A stretch of 64,000 nucleotides of DNA from an uncultured delta proteobacterium (GCA_963845145.1 CAWJQU010000004.1:384001-448000), one strand, 5' to 3'. Positions 21,501-33,473 are shown, numbered from the stretch's first letter. Translations and numbers: made by a program. The notes: a model not told the origin generated them from the sequence alone.

Positions 21501-22367
21501 TTAAAGGCCATTTCCTTCAGCTTTAGCCTCATCCAGGTTTTGTTGGGCGGCTGTAATTAAATCTTCAGGACTTAAACGGTGGGCGAATTGCGCGTATCCG
21601 ATACGGATGCCGATTTGGCAGATTTCCCGAATAGCCGATTCAATTCGGTTTATGATGATTTGGGTTATCTCTAAATCTGAATCGATCGCGATGACGGCAA
21701 ATTTGCCGCGTTGGAATCGATAGCAGGTGTCTACCCCCTGACGGGTCCGGGTGAAAAGAATACCCCCCACCTCCTGGAGGATTTTATCCGTTTCATCCAT
21801 TTTTGATGCATCATGATCTTGGGCGAATTCATCTAATTCGAGAAAGAGCAATGCCAGTGGATTTCTCTGCCGCTCCGCGCGGATGACCTCGTCTCTTAAG
21901 GTCGAATAGAATTGTTTTTCGTTGAATAGCCCTGTAAGCGTATCTTTAATGGAGAGCTTTTCCAGCTCAATTTTAAGGTTTCGTTCTGCGATAACCCGTT
22001 TCATCTTGGCTTCAAGCTCATCGATGCCAAAGGGTTTGTTAATAAAATCGGCCGCACCGGAGTTAACGACATCAACCCAGCTGTAATCCATATAAAAACC
22101 GGTCATAATAATCGCGAGGACGTCCGGAAATTCATCCTGTATCCTCTCGAGCAATTCCAGCCCTGTCATGCCCGGCATTCGAATATCGGTTAACAACATT
22201 GAATAAGGCTTTTCGCTTAATGCCTTCAATGCCTTCTCACCGCTATCGGTAGACTCTGCCTTAAAACCCAGGTGGTTCAGCATCCCCACGATGGGTTGAC
22301 TGACAAATTTTTCATCATCGACCACCAGCACTAACTCTTTTCCGTAATCGTCCTTGTTGATGCTCAC
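21501..22367 (-). CDS. Response regulator with degenerate GGDEF domain
   Basis: Receiver VVDD/LTDIRMP/KPF; DTLTGLFN; RFQRGKF replaces the RxGGDEF signature. Confidence 0.8.
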   Translation of the reverse strand: MSINKDDYGKELVLVVDDEKFVSQPIVGMLNHLGFKAESTDSGEKALKALSEKPYSMLLTDIRMPGMTGLELLERIQDEFPDVLAIIMTGFYMDYSWVDVVNSGAADFINKPFGIDELEAKMKRVIAERNLKIELEKLSIKDTLTGLFNEKQFYSTLRDEVIRAERQRNPLALLFLELDEFAQDHDASKMDETDKILQEVGGILFTRTRQGVDTCYRFQRGKFAVIAIDSDLEITQIIINRIESAIREICQIGIRIGYAQFAHRLSPEDLITAAQQNLDEAKAEGNGL

Positions 22368-22566
22368 AAGTCAAAACCTATTCGTTTTGGTGATTATTGG
22401 TTTAAATAAGAATTCGAATGTTCTAAAAAAATACCATTAATCCTTTGAAAAATCAATTATTGAAAGGACCGTGAAGGCTTCGAAGGCTTGAATATTTGAC
22501 AGATTGAAGCTATTTTGAAACTGTAACCGTGAAAAAACCATATCCGCGACACGAAAGGAAATCCGT

Positions 22567-22839
22567 ATGAGTGTAAATATTCATATTCACAAAACCCACC
22601 GCCAGCACACCAACGGTTTGAGTGTGGTTGAAACCGATGGCGCAACGGTCGGTGAATGTATTTCATACTTGATCAGCCAGTTTCCCGATTTAAAACCCGA
22701 ACTGTTTGATGATAGTGGTAAAATAAAGAGAACGATCGAAATTTATTTAAATATGGAAAGTGCCTACCCGGATGAATTGGCCAAACCGGTAAAAGACAGC
22801 GATGAAATACATTTGACCTTGCTTCTGGCCGGGGGATAA
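22567..22839 (+). CDS. MoaD/ThiS family sulfur-carrier protein
   Basis: 90 aa ubiquitin-like length, GATVGEC, C-terminal AGG. Confidence 0.85.
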   Translation: MSVNIHIHKTHRQHTNGLSVVETDGATVGECISYLISQFPDLKPELFDDSGKIKRTIEIYLNMESAYPDELAKPVKDSDEIHLTLLLAGG

Positions 22840-22988
22840 AGACCGCCTCGAAGGGCCTCGGTCGAAGAATGTCCGGAAGCTTTTTTTGCGGGCTTTTGGC
22901 TCATGTTTTTGCCTTGCCGGTGCTCCGGCACTGATATCGAATGCGCAGCCAGATTGATCACTCCTGCGATAATTGGAAATTTTAGACC

Positions 22989-24077
22989 ATGACACGTGAA
23001 ACGATCAATAAAACGACCCTTTTATTACTGGTACTGGGTATATCGCTTCTTTTTCTGGCGATGATCCGTCATTTTTTAATGGCGCTCCTGCTGGCAGGAA
23101 TCTTTTCGGCTATGGCCCATCCCCTCTATCGTCGCTTTGAAAAATGGCTGGGGGGCCGGAGCGGTCTGGCGTCATTGGCGACCTTACTGGTGATCATCAT
23201 TGTTCTCATCCTACCTTTGGGCGGATTTATAGGGCTTATAACAGCAGAAGCGATAAAAGTGGGGCAATCGGTCACACCATGGGTTGAAAAACTTTCCAGT
23301 GAACCGGGCGCATTTTCGAACCTGCTTCAATCCATCCCTTTTTACGACCAAATCGAACCCTATCGGGAAACCATTATTCGGAAAGCCGGAGAAGCGGTTG
23401 GGATCGTCAGTAAATTTTTAATTAACAACCTGTCGTCGGTTACCCGAGGAACGATGAATTTCTTTTTTCTAACCTTCATTTTTCTTTATGCCGTATTTTA
23501 TTTTTTGATGGATGGCAATCGGTTGTTATCAAGAATTCTCTACTATCTGCCGTTAGAAGATGAAGACGAGCACCGGATGTTGGATAAATTCACTTCAGTG
23601 ACCCGGGCCACCTTAAAAGGTACGGCCGTCATCGGAATTCTTCAGGGGGGGCTGGCCGGGTTGGCGTTGGCTGTTGTTGGTATCCCCAGTGCGATCTTTT
23701 GGGGAACCATCATGGCGGTGCTTTCCATTATTCCCGGGATTGGCACGGCATTGGTCTGGGGACCGGCGGCCGTTATTTTAGCCTTTGGCGGACAATGGTT
23801 TAAAGCCATCGGATTGGTAATCTTTTGTGGGGTGGTGGTCGGCAGTATCGACAATGTGCTGCGACCGCGCCTGGTTGGAAAAGATACGGAGATGCACGAT
23901 CTGTTGATTCTATTTTCCACGTTGGGAGGGATCTCGTTTTTCGGAATCGTCGGCTTTATCCTCGGGCCAATTTTGGCAGCGCTTTTTGTGACCATCTGGG
24001 AGATGTACGGGACTGCCTTTAAAGACGTTCTGCCGATGGTTGTTACCGCTGACGGCGACCAAAATGGTGAAAAATAA
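22989..24077 (+). CDS. AI-2E family transporter
   Basis: Polytopic; IDNVLRPRLVG, GFILGPIL. Confidence 0.88.
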   Translation: MTRETINKTTLLLLVLGISLLFLAMIRHFLMALLLAGIFSAMAHPLYRRFEKWLGGRSGLASLATLLVIIIVLILPLGGFIGLITAEAIKVGQSVTPWVEKLSSEPGAFSNLLQSIPFYDQIEPYRETIIRKAGEAVGIVSKFLINNLSSVTRGTMNFFFLTFIFLYAVFYFLMDGNRLLSRILYYLPLEDEDEHRMLDKFTSVTRATLKGTAVIGILQGGLAGLALAVVGIPSAIFWGTIMAVLSIIPGIGTALVWGPAAVILAFGGQWFKAIGLVIFCGVVVGSIDNVLRPRLVGKDTEMHDLLILFSTLGGISFFGIVGFILGPILAALFVTIWEMYGTAFKDVLPMVVTADGDQNGEK

Positions 24078-24150
24078 AGTTTGATCAAAAAATGTCTGCC
24101 GATGCACATGAATGCTTGACAAATTTATTTATAGTTTTATAATTCAATAT

Positions 24151-24468
24151 ATGTCGAATAATAAAAACAATAAACTTGAAAGATATGCCGAGATTTTTAA
24201 GGCATTGTCCAATCAGAACCGACTAAAGATATTCTGGAGCCTGGCTACCTGTTGTAAGCCTGGCACGGTTGGGGTTATCGAGTCTGAAAACACAGCCTGT
24301 GTCGGGGATATCGGTAAGGATTTGGATATCGTCCCATCGACGGTATCCCATCATATCAAAGAGTTGCGCCGTGCGGGATTAATTAAAACCAACCGTCGGG
24401 GACAGCATATCGAATGTTGGGTAGACCCCGGAATTTTGAAAGAATTAATGGCTTTTTTTTCATTTTAA
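24151..24468 (+). CDS. arsR: ArsR/SmtB family regulator
   Basis: FKALSNQNRLKI, CC motif, STVSHHIKELRRAGLI; directly upstream of arsM. Confidence 0.85.
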   Translation: MSNNKNNKLERYAEIFKALSNQNRLKIFWSLATCCKPGTVGVIESENTACVGDIGKDLDIVPSTVSHHIKELRRAGLIKTNRRGQHIECWVDPGILKELMAFFSF

Positions 24469-24538
24469 TCAGGGCCCTTTTTTTTGGGGCAATAACTTCG
24501 ATAAGTGTCGAACAATAAAACTAAGGAGGCGTGGAATC

Positions 24539-25342
24539 ATGGAAACAACGAATTTGGAAGAAATCCGGCAATCAGTGAGAAATCGATATGGTGAGATTGC
24601 CAGCAAGGCGTCGTCAGGTTGTGGTTGCAGTACACCTTCATCCTGCTGCGGTAGTTCTTCAGGGTCCATTGAAGAAATGACGCAGGCTTTGGGTTACACC
24701 AAAGAACAGTTGGACAGCGCACCGGAAGGTGCCAATATGGGACTCGGTTGTGGCAATCCCCAGGCAATAGCCTCACTAAAACAAGGGGAAACGGTTTTAG
24801 ACCTGGGAAGTGGCGGTGGATTTGATTGCTTTCTAGCGGCTGAAACGGTCGGCGAATCCGGTCGGGTTATCGGTGTGGATATGACCGCCGCTATGGTCAG
24901 CAAAGCGCGCCGAAATGCGGAGAAGCTGGTCCTTAAAAATGTTGAGTTCAGGTTAGGTGAGATCGAGCACCTCCCAGTAGCCGATGCAAGTGTGGATGTG
25001 ATTATCTCAAACTGCGTCATCAATCTTTCCCCTGAGAAAACTGGGGTATTTCGGGAAGCTTGGCGGGTGCTGAAACCCGGCGGCCGTCTGGCGATATTAG
25101 ACGTCGTGGCGCTTCAGACATTACCCGATGAAATCAAAGCCGATCTATCCCTGATATCCGGGTGCGTTGGGGGGGCGGAGAAGATTGAAGATATTGAAAA
25201 GAGGCTTCAGAAAGCCGGTTTCCAGGATATCAATATTCGACCCAAAAATGAAAGCCGTGAAACGATTCGGGAGTGGTTTCCGGGGCGAAGCCTTGAAGAT
25301 TATGTGACCTCAGCTACCATTGAGGCAATTAAGCCGTTTTGA
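24539..25342 (+). CDS. arsM: Arsenite S-adenosylmethionine methyltransferase
   Basis: GLGCGNP, LDLGSGGGFDC, ISNCVINL, GCVGGA, Cys-rich N-terminus. Confidence 0.92.
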   Translation: METTNLEEIRQSVRNRYGEIASKASSGCGCSTPSSCCGSSSGSIEEMTQALGYTKEQLDSAPEGANMGLGCGNPQAIASLKQGETVLDLGSGGGFDCFLAAETVGESGRVIGVDMTAAMVSKARRNAEKLVLKNVEFRLGEIEHLPVADASVDVIISNCVINLSPEKTGVFREAWRVLKPGGRLAILDVVALQTLPDEIKADLSLISGCVGGAEKIEDIEKRLQKAGFQDINIRPKNESRETIREWFPGRSLEDYVTSATIEAIKPF

Positions 25343-25393
25343 TGTCATTCGATAAAACAGATCCCGGTATATACGAAAATTATATACACTCGT

Positions 25394-26494
25394 TTAGCGC
25401 TTGAGTTGCATCAATCGGCGTTCGCAGAGCTCAACGAGTGCATCTTTCGTTTTGGACTTGCTCTTAAAGTCAGAATGCCAACGCCTTTCATGTGCAGCAT
25501 GCAATTCGGAAATGGTTTGCGGGTCGATACCGGTCCACATTCGATCAGCCAATTGTGAAAATGTGGCCAAATCGTCCCACCCGGTTTCCGGCCATCTTTC
25601 CTTCAACGCATCGTAGAGGGTAAAACCCGTTTCCGCCAGGGTTTTAGTCTGTATCCAATAATCGACGACATCATGCATGTATTCGGGGATGTCAAAAGAG
25701 CGCGATCCGGCGTCGTAAATCGTGCAGCGTTCGATGGGATAGGCGAGTTCTTCGTATTGCGAAAGGGCGAATTCCGGTGTTACCAAGGCGTTGTTTCGAA
25801 TCAGATCCGTGCCCGGGATTCGGATTTTAAGGGGGGAGCGATTATCCGCCATGCCAAACCGACCTTCAATATAGACAATGATCGTTCGGCCGTAGACCGG
25901 ATTCATTCGGCGCAGTTTTCGATCCACTTTGCGTAGAATCTTTTCGGTGTTTTCGCATCCGATTGTAAAAAAGATAAGGTTGTTCAATCGCCTGCGGTTG
26001 ACGCGCAGGTGATCCAGGAAAATGTTAAAGCCGATGTCGACCGTTGTGCCGGTGGCAACAACATCCCCCACCAGAAGCGTAGCATCGTCGGGGATTTCGA
26101 TTTTCCGATATTGGTTCTCACGAATATGCCACTTGCCGTTAACGAGTTTACGCTGGGAGGTCATAAAGGCGGAGGCATGCCGATTGAACCCATAAGCATG
26201 GTACAGCGCTTCGCGCAGTGAAAAATTTAAGCCGCCCCTTAAAAATGTGAAAACACAGAATTGCTCCTGAGGTACTTTTAAAATAAATTCGTTATCCGGA
26301 AGGTACTTAAATGCGGCGATCATCGCCTTTAGCATATGATCGGTATATTCTACGCCGAGCAGCTCGGGGACATTGCAGATTTTGCGCGTTTGAGGGGTGG
26401 AGATCACATAACGATCAATCCGGCTATCGGTATTATCGCTGATACGGTAGTAACTTATCTCCGGGGACTTTTTGATCATTTCCAGATGGGCCAT
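25394..26494 (-). CDS. Type I phosphoribosyltransferase-like protein
   Basis: PRPP-binding loop LLVGDVVATGTTV and FLRGGL as in UPRTase-like proteins. Confidence 0.55.
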   Translation of the reverse strand: MAHLEMIKKSPEISYYRISDNTDSRIDRYVISTPQTRKICNVPELLGVEYTDHMLKAMIAAFKYLPDNEFILKVPQEQFCVFTFLRGGLNFSLREALYHAYGFNRHASAFMTSQRKLVNGKWHIRENQYRKIEIPDDATLLVGDVVATGTTVDIGFNIFLDHLRVNRRRLNNLIFFTIGCENTEKILRKVDRKLRRMNPVYGRTIIVYIEGRFGMADNRSPLKIRIPGTDLIRNNALVTPEFALSQYEELAYPIERCTIYDAGSRSFDIPEYMHDVVDYWIQTKTLAETGFTLYDALKERWPETGWDDLATFSQLADRMWTGIDPQTISELHAAHERRWHSDFKSKSKTKDALVELCERRLMQLKR

Positions 26495-26645
26495 GTTAAA
26501 TTCTCTCTATTCTATTGTTGGATTTCTCAGAGCGGTGTTATGCGTGCGGTTATCAGAACAGCGATATCAAGTCAAAAACTTTATATTTCCATGGATGAAA
26601 TAATAGTATACGTTCATCTCAAATTGACCATCAACGAAACAGGAA

Positions 26646-27869
26646 GTGATTATGGTGGATCTGTCAGAAAAAGTGAAAAATTCCCTGGAAGTTACCTCCG
26701 GATGCACGGAACCGGCGGCCATAGCGTTTTGTGCCAGCTTTGCCGGTAAATATCTGGGGGAGGATCCCCGATCGATCCGGTTAACCATTGACCGGCGTAC
26801 CTATAAAAATGCGTTTGGGGCCGGTATTCCCAACGCCGGAGACCGCAAGGGGAGCGAATGGGCGTTGCTGCTTGGATTTGTCAGGGGTTGTCCCGAACAA
26901 AGGCTCGCCATATTCGCCGGTTTAGACCCGGCAACTGTCGAACGGGCCGATGAACTTCAAAATCAATCCCTTGTTACGACTGATTTGCTCGACCTGGATA
27001 CCCTTTTTATCGGCATTGTGGCAAAAGGCAACCATCATACCGTGGAAGCGGCCATAGAGGTCGGCCATTCGCATGTTTCCCGCGTGGTTGTGGATGGCCG
27101 GGTTATCGTTGAAGATGCTAAGCCGGAGGCGGGCGCTGCTTCAAAAATATACGCATTTGATGAAACGATTTATTCACATGCGTACTGGCCGGATCTGGTC
27201 GAAACGCTTTATATCGATAAGTCCCTGATGGCAAAGATCCAACAGGGGATTGAATGCAACATGGCCGCCGCTGAGTATGGTCGAAAATACATCTCTGGGA
27301 GCAATGAGGTGGACTCCCTGGTTATGGGGGCCATATATGCCCGAATGAGTGGGGATTCTATTCCCGTCATGAGTTGCGCCGGGTCCGGTAACAAGGGGTT
27401 GACCTGCATGATCCCGGTGGTTGCGTATGCAAACAAGAACCACCTGGACGAAGATCAGAAACTAAAAGGCGTTCTACTTTCAATCCTTATGACTGTCATC
27501 GTGACATCCCGTTTCGGTGAAGTCTCATCGGTGTGCGGGGCTCAATACGCGGCGGGGGGCGGCATTATCGCCGGCATTTTGTTCCTGAAAAATAGTCTGG
27601 ATCTTTTTACCGGCGCATACAATAATTTTATTTCCGCTGTTGGCGGCGGTTTTTGTGATGGCGCCAAGGGTAGCTGTTCCATGCGCGGCAATGTCGCCGT
27701 CTCCACAGCTCTCACCAGTATCACCCATGCGGAAAACGGATTTATCGTATCAGGTCGAGATGGTTTTCTCGGCGATACCTTTAAAGAAACCCTTGACCAT
27801 CTCGCCCAATATAATCCCCTGGTTGCACGGTTTGAACGGGAAACCATCGATATTCTATTAAACAAATAA
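26646..27869 (+). CDS. L-cysteine desulfidase / serine dehydratase-like protein (YhaM/CdsB family)
   Basis: GCTEPAAIA, ARMSG...GSGNKG, SSVCG, CDGAKGSC. Confidence 0.8.
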   Translation: MIMVDLSEKVKNSLEVTSGCTEPAAIAFCASFAGKYLGEDPRSIRLTIDRRTYKNAFGAGIPNAGDRKGSEWALLLGFVRGCPEQRLAIFAGLDPATVERADELQNQSLVTTDLLDLDTLFIGIVAKGNHHTVEAAIEVGHSHVSRVVVDGRVIVEDAKPEAGAASKIYAFDETIYSHAYWPDLVETLYIDKSLMAKIQQGIECNMAAAEYGRKYISGSNEVDSLVMGAIYARMSGDSIPVMSCAGSGNKGLTCMIPVVAYANKNHLDEDQKLKGVLLSILMTVIVTSRFGEVSSVCGAQYAAGGGIIAGILFLKNSLDLFTGAYNNFISAVGGGFCDGAKGSCSMRGNVAVSTALTSITHAENGFIVSGRDGFLGDTFKETLDHLAQYNPLVARFERETIDILLNK

Positions 27870-28145
27870 GGTTTAAGGTTGGCGGATACGTGATAAGCCC
27901 AATCCACCTGAGGCAGGCAAGTATCTGCATTGGACTTCTTGTCTTGTTTTCGGCAAAGGTCCTAAGTACGCATTATAAAGTAAAACACTATACGACGTAT
28001 TATGTATTTTCCCAAACCGCATGACAGTTTGTTTTTGTTGATATTATCGGTGAAAAACTTGACAATTGGAGCGGATTGGCTAAAAATATAAAAAATGTAC
28101 CTACCGAGGTTTTTTATAGAATGAATCTTTTGAGGAGGTAGCCAG

Positions 28146-28493
28146 ATGGGTGTTTCCAAACGCAAAAAAGACGAAACTGAACGTCGGCAACATATGCGCG
28201 TGGACCAGAGAATTTCAATTGATATGCATCTTGACTCGTATAAGAATAGTATCAAGGGCGAAACTCACAACTTGAGCCCCGCTGGTGTTTATTGCGAAGT
28301 GGATCAACCCATTGCTGAAATGACCCAGTTAATGATTGTCCTCGATTTACCGGATGCCCAAGTGAAATGTGAAGGAACGGTGGTTCGGTCGGTGGAAGTC
28401 AAGAATCATTCCGATTTATATCAGCTGGCGATTTTCTTTCATAAGATTTCAGATGAAGCCACCCAGGAGCTGGTTAAATATTTATTGGGGTAA
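28146..28493 (+). CDS. PilZ domain protein
   Basis: ERRQHMR (RxxxR) and NLSPAG (NxSxxG). Confidence 0.85.
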   Translation: MGVSKRKKDETERRQHMRVDQRISIDMHLDSYKNSIKGETHNLSPAGVYCEVDQPIAEMTQLMIVLDLPDAQVKCEGTVVRSVEVKNHSDLYQLAIFFHKISDEATQELVKYLLG

Positions 28494-28551
28494 AATATTT
28501 TTTTCTCAAATCAACTTAACGAATAGAGAGCAAGTAATTGGGAGAATGACA

Positions 28552-28965
28552 ATGATGTTAAACAAGATCGACCATATCTGTATTGCCGTCAAAAATCTTG
28601 AGAATGCAAAAAAAGTCTGGGAACCGCTATTGGGAAAGACTGAACCGGATGATGCGTATATTGACGAACCCGAAAAGATCAATGTTGCTCGCTATATGGT
28701 GGGTGAAGTCGGATTTGAACTGATGGAATCCACCTCTCCAGACGGAGATGTGGCCAAGTTTATTGAAAAACGGGGCGAGGGGATTATGCTGATCAGCTTC
28801 AACGTTGATAACACGCGGGAATCCATGGCTGAATTAAAGGAAAAGGACTACCCTTTTATCGGCGGTGCCCGGTCTTTTCGCGATTGCGAATTTGCCTTTA
28901 TCCATCCTAAAAAGATGAACGGTGTGTTAACCGAATTAATCGATTTTAAATGGGATGAAAAGTAG
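28552..28965 (+). CDS. VOC family protein (methylmalonyl-CoA epimerase-like)
   Basis: IDHICIAV, ELMES, FIEKRGEG, AFIHPK...GVLTEL. Confidence 0.8.
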   Translation: MMLNKIDHICIAVKNLENAKKVWEPLLGKTEPDDAYIDEPEKINVARYMVGEVGFELMESTSPDGDVAKFIEKRGEGIMLISFNVDNTRESMAELKEKDYPFIGGARSFRDCEFAFIHPKKMNGVLTELIDFKWDEK

Positions 28966-29006
28966 TCGGCAAACCTTAGACATAAGGGGTCATACTTTAA
29001 TGATCT

Positions 29007-32000
29007 CTATCCGGCATCCAGCTTCAGCACAGTCGGCCGTGAAAGGCCGGTGACATTCTGAAAATCCGTTACCAGAATATAGAGCGACGGTACCAATACC
29101 AAGTTGATCAAGGTGGCAAAGAGTATCCCGTAGCCCAGCGAGAGCGCCATGGGTATCAAAAATTTGGCTTGGCGCGATGTTTCAAATATCATGGGTGTCA
29201 GGCCACCGAAAGTCGTTAAGGTTGTCAATAAAATAGGCCGAAAACGCTGAACCGCGGCATCCACAATGGCGTCAAAAGCAGCCATACCGCCGGCTCGTCG
29301 CCGATTGGCAAAATCGATCAAAACCAGGGCGTCGTTGACCACGACTCCCGACAGGGCTACGATGCCGAACAAGCTCATGAGGCTCAGGCTGTAGCCCATA
29401 ATCAGATGACCGATGACGGCGCCGGTGAGTCCGAAAGGGATCGCCATCATAATGATCATGGGCTGAATGTAGCTGTTAAAGGGGATTGCCAGCATCACGT
29501 AGATGACCATTAAGGCGCCCAACAATCCTTTTATAGGCTGGTGACACTGTCTCGCCGTTCGGCCTGGCGACCACTAAAGCTGTAATTGAGACCTGAATAC
29601 TTTTGCATCAAATCCGGAATGGTATCGGCCGTGATGGCTTCGATTACCTGACCTGCCTGGCTGCGTGGCCTCACATCGGCCGTCACGGTGACCGTGCGCC
29701 GGCCGTTGCGTCGATCGATGCGGGTGTCGGCCCGGCCCGTGGTGATCGCCACGGCGTCCCCCATTGGTATTTCACCACCTGTCGGTGTACGCAGGATCAT
29801 CCTCTCTAAAAAGTAGATCGATTGACGTTCGTTTTCGGGCAGGCGCACCATCACTTTGACTTCATTGCGACCCCTCTGAATTCGTACAGCCTCGGCACCG
29901 TAGTAGGCATGACGAACCTGACGGGCAATATCGACCGCACTAAGCCCCAGCCTTTGCGCGGCCGGTCGGATCTGGAAATCCATTTGGCGCTTACCTTCGG
30001 CAAAACCGTTGTCAATGTCAGTCACCTTCGGGAAAAATCCAAAAGCATCCGCCAACTCTTCACTGGCTCGTGCGAGGGTGGCCGTATCGCGGTGACTCAA
30101 TTCGATGGAAATAACGGCTCCCCGGCCAGGACCGCCGGCATCGGATTCAAACTTCAGATTCTCGACTCCCGGTAGTTGTCCCACTTGCTGCCGCCACAAT
30201 TCGGTAAAACGGGCTGTGGGAATGGGGCGTACATCCGGAGGCGTTAAGTAAACGCGGATCGATGCCGTATTGGCGTTGGTTTGGGCGTAAATGCCCTGCA
30301 CCAGCTTGTCACCACCGTTTTCAGAGGCTATTTTTTGGGCGGCTGCGATTAACCTCTGTCCGGCCTGAACCGTGTTTGCTACGGCGGTGCCGAAGGGCAG
30401 GCGCAAGCTTGCCATGGCATAATCGGACTCGATCTTGGGAAATAGCTCAAACCCCATGCGTCCACTACGAACATAGCCGATGGTGAAAAGCAGGATCATC
30501 ACCCCGATAGCCATGGTGACGTACCGCCATCGCAAAGAGAAGGCCAAAAACGGTCGGTATCGGGTTTCGATGAGGTTTCGAAAGCGGGTGCTGAACCGCT
30601 GCTGGCGTTGGATTATCCAATCCAGAACGCCCCCGCTTTTATGGGCTTTTTGATGGCCCAAGTGAGCCGGTAAAATCAGAAGGCTCTCAACCAGGGAGAT
30701 GAGAAAAACGCAGATAACGACCATGGGAATGTACTTGAATATTTTACCCATAAAACCGGGTATGAAAAACATGGGCATGAAGGTGACAATGTTGGTCAGC
30801 ACACTGAAGGTTACCGGCATGGCAATTTCCCGGGCACCCTTTACGGCAGCCTCGAACCAGTCCAGCCCGGTTTGACGGTAGTGGTAAATATTTTCACCCA
30901 CCACGATGGCATCGTCCACGACGATACCCAGGGTAACGATAAAAGCAAAGAGGGTAATAATATTGATACTGACGCCACCCAGGGGGAGCAGCAGCAACCC
31001 GCCGATAAACGAAATAGGAATTCCCAGGCTGACCCAGAAGGCGAGTCGAACTTCCAAAAAGAGTGCCAATAGTACAAATACCAATCCCAACCCCAAATAC
31101 CCATTGCGCATCATGAGATCGAGGCGCTGGCGATAAATTTCTGAACGGTCATTGCGGGATTCCAGATTCAATCCCGGAGGGAGAGATGGTTTAATGTCCA
31201 GCATCAGTTTTTTGACGGCGTCTGAGACCGATACGGGTGTTTGTTCACCCACCCTGAAAACCTCTATCATGACTGCTGGTTGGCCGTTAAAAACTGAAAA
31301 CCGATCACTTTCTTCCAAATCATCCCGAATGGTGGCGACCTCTTCGAGTAGAACCTGCGTACCGTCTTCCATAATAATGATGGGGATTTTGCCAAATTCA
31401 CGGCCGAAATCGCGACGCTCCTTGACGCGCATGAGCACATCGCCGCTGCTGGTTTTAATGGCCCCTCCCGGCATCTCGACTGAGGCAAGGCCAATGCGCC
31501 GGGCGACATCATCAAGGGTCAGTCCGTAGGTTCGCAGTTTATTCTGGGAAACCTCTATACTGATTTCAAGATTACGCACACCGTCTAAGTCAACCTGGCT
31601 GATATCAGGGTCATTGAGCAACCGATCCCGCACATTTTCGGCCACCTCCCGAAGCACCTGCTCCGACTGGTCGCCAAACAACGCCAGTGAGACCACAGAA
31701 CGGCGGCGCTGAGCCACCACTACCTTGGGATCTTCAGCCTCGTCGGGTAAAGAGGAGATTCGGTCCACTTCGTTTTTGATATCACGGGCTATTTGCTGGA
31801 CATTTTCACCCTCGATGGTTTCAATGGTGACCCTACCCGAACCCTCGCTTGCGGTAGCAGTAACCTCCTTGATACCCTGGACATTATTAATAGCGTCTTC
31901 CATGGCCAGCAAAATACCCCGCTCGACCTCTTCCGGGCTGGCGCCAGGGTAGGGGACCGTAATATTGATTCGGTCAAGCTCAAAGTCAGGGAAAACCTCT

Positions 32001-32146
32001 TTTTTGATACGTGTGCCCATGAAGACACCACCCACCAGTAGTACCAGCATCAGTAGGTTGGCGGTCACCGAATGGCCTGCCATCCAGGCGATGGGGCCGC
32101 TATAGGAGGGCTTTATGGCTTTAGTTTGGCTGTATTTGTTGGGCAT
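29007..32146 (-). CDS. AcrB/RND efflux permease, frameshifted near 29530
   Basis: GIVVDDAIVVGENI in the first part; GVVVNDALVLID and RFRPILLT in the second; one added base at ~29532 joins the two ORFs. Confidence 0.85.
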
Positions 32147-32147
32147 G

Positions 32148-33470
32148 TTAATTCGATGGCTGCTCAACCGGGGCCGTGGGCGGCTTCGGTTTGCGTGTTT
32201 TGGTTTCCGGGTTAGTCGTTGGGGGCGCTTTAGTCGGCGAACGGTCTGTGTCTACCATAATCGGCATTCCGTCAATGGGCGCTGCCAATTCCGATACCAC
32301 CAACCGATCCCCTTCTTTCAGCCCATCAGTGACCAACACTGCTTCTTTCCCGCGCCAGGCAACGGTGACGGGGTGAATTTTCAGATGCCCATCTGCAGAC
32401 ATCAGCCAAACGCGATCCTGATCGCGCAGGGCCGACCGGGGGACCCGAAAAGCGCGGTCGATACGATGCCCTTCTATCTCGACCTGGACAAACTCACCGA
32501 TTAATAGCGGTGGGGCGCCCGGGTCGTTCGTGGATAGGCCCAGGGGGTCATCGACGATTGCAATCAGTTGTGCCATCTGTCCGCCATTCCCCAGGTCGTT
32601 GAGCAACTTGGATACCTTCGCTTGGCGGCGGTACTGATTGCGGTAAATAATCTGAATGGGGGCTCCTTCAGCATTGGTGTGAGTGGGAAGATCGATCCAT
32701 TTAAGCCGATCCAAAGGAACCGATACCCGCACCCAGAATTGATCCGCGTCAACCAGCAGGCCCAGAGGCTCATTGGTTGTGACACGGGCGCCAATGTCGA
32801 TATTTTTGGATAGCACGATGGCATTAAAAGGCGCTCTCACCACTGTGCGGCTGAGATTTAGTTCGGCTTGCTCAAGATCTGCTCGGGAGGCCTTCAGGCG
32901 TGCCCGCGCTCTTTCTATGTGGGGTTTACGCAGAGCCAGCGCTGAATTTAAGTTCTCACCTTTTTCGCCACCGCCTAACAATTCCCATTCCCGTTTGGCC
33001 ACGGCCTGATACCCCTGCTCCACCTCGTACTCGTATTGGGCATCGGCTATAGTGCGTCTTTTCTGAGCCACCACGAGTTCATAATCCTTGGGATCGATGC
33101 GTAAGATTTCGGACCCTTTTTTCAGCGCACCGCCTTCAATGAAATTATCATGAACACGGATAATTTCGCCGGCCACCTTAGATTTCAGTTCGATCTGTCG
33201 TGCGGCCGTCACGGTACCCATAGCCTTAATCACGACCTGTTCCGGTTTCATCGTGAGCGGTCTAACCTGCACCAGGGGCCTGGTGGTTGTCGGTTGTCGT
33301 TTTTTGGCCTTGGGCGTTGAACTCTGCAAATAGGTGGCACCGGCAATACCAAACCCGATGATAATCAAAGGCAAAATAATCTTTATAATGGTATGGCCTT
33401 TTTTTCCCGCCGATCTACCGGCATCGGCATCGTCGGGTGTCTGTGACGGATGGGTATGGTTAGAACTCAT
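32148..33470 (-). CDS. RND efflux membrane fusion protein
   Basis: N-terminal TM anchor, KVAGEI, RTVVRAPFNA; lies between the OMF and RND genes. Confidence 0.88.
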   Translation of the reverse strand: MSSNHTHPSQTPDDADAGRSAGKKGHTIIKIILPLIIIGFGIAGATYLQSSTPKAKKRQPTTTRPLVQVRPLTMKPEQVVIKAMGTVTAARQIELKSKVAGEIIRVHDNFIEGGALKKGSEILRIDPKDYELVVAQKRRTIADAQYEYEVEQGYQAVAKREWELLGGGEKGENLNSALALRKPHIERARARLKASRADLEQAELNLSRTVVRAPFNAIVLSKNIDIGARVTTNEPLGLLVDADQFWVRVSVPLDRLKWIDLPTHTNAEGAPIQIIYRNQYRRQAKVSKLLNDLGNGGQMAQLIAIVDDPLGLSTNDPGAPPLLIGEFVQVEIEGHRIDRAFRVPRSALRDQDRVWLMSADGHLKIHPVTVAWRGKEAVLVTDGLKEGDRLVVSELAAPIDGMPIMVDTDRSPTKAPPTTNPETKTRKPKPPTAPVEQPSN

Positions 33471-33473
33471 TAT

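Noticed and set aside
21501..22367. Active diguanylate cyclase
   Set aside because: The GGDEF signature is replaced by QRGKF; degenerate domains of this kind are common
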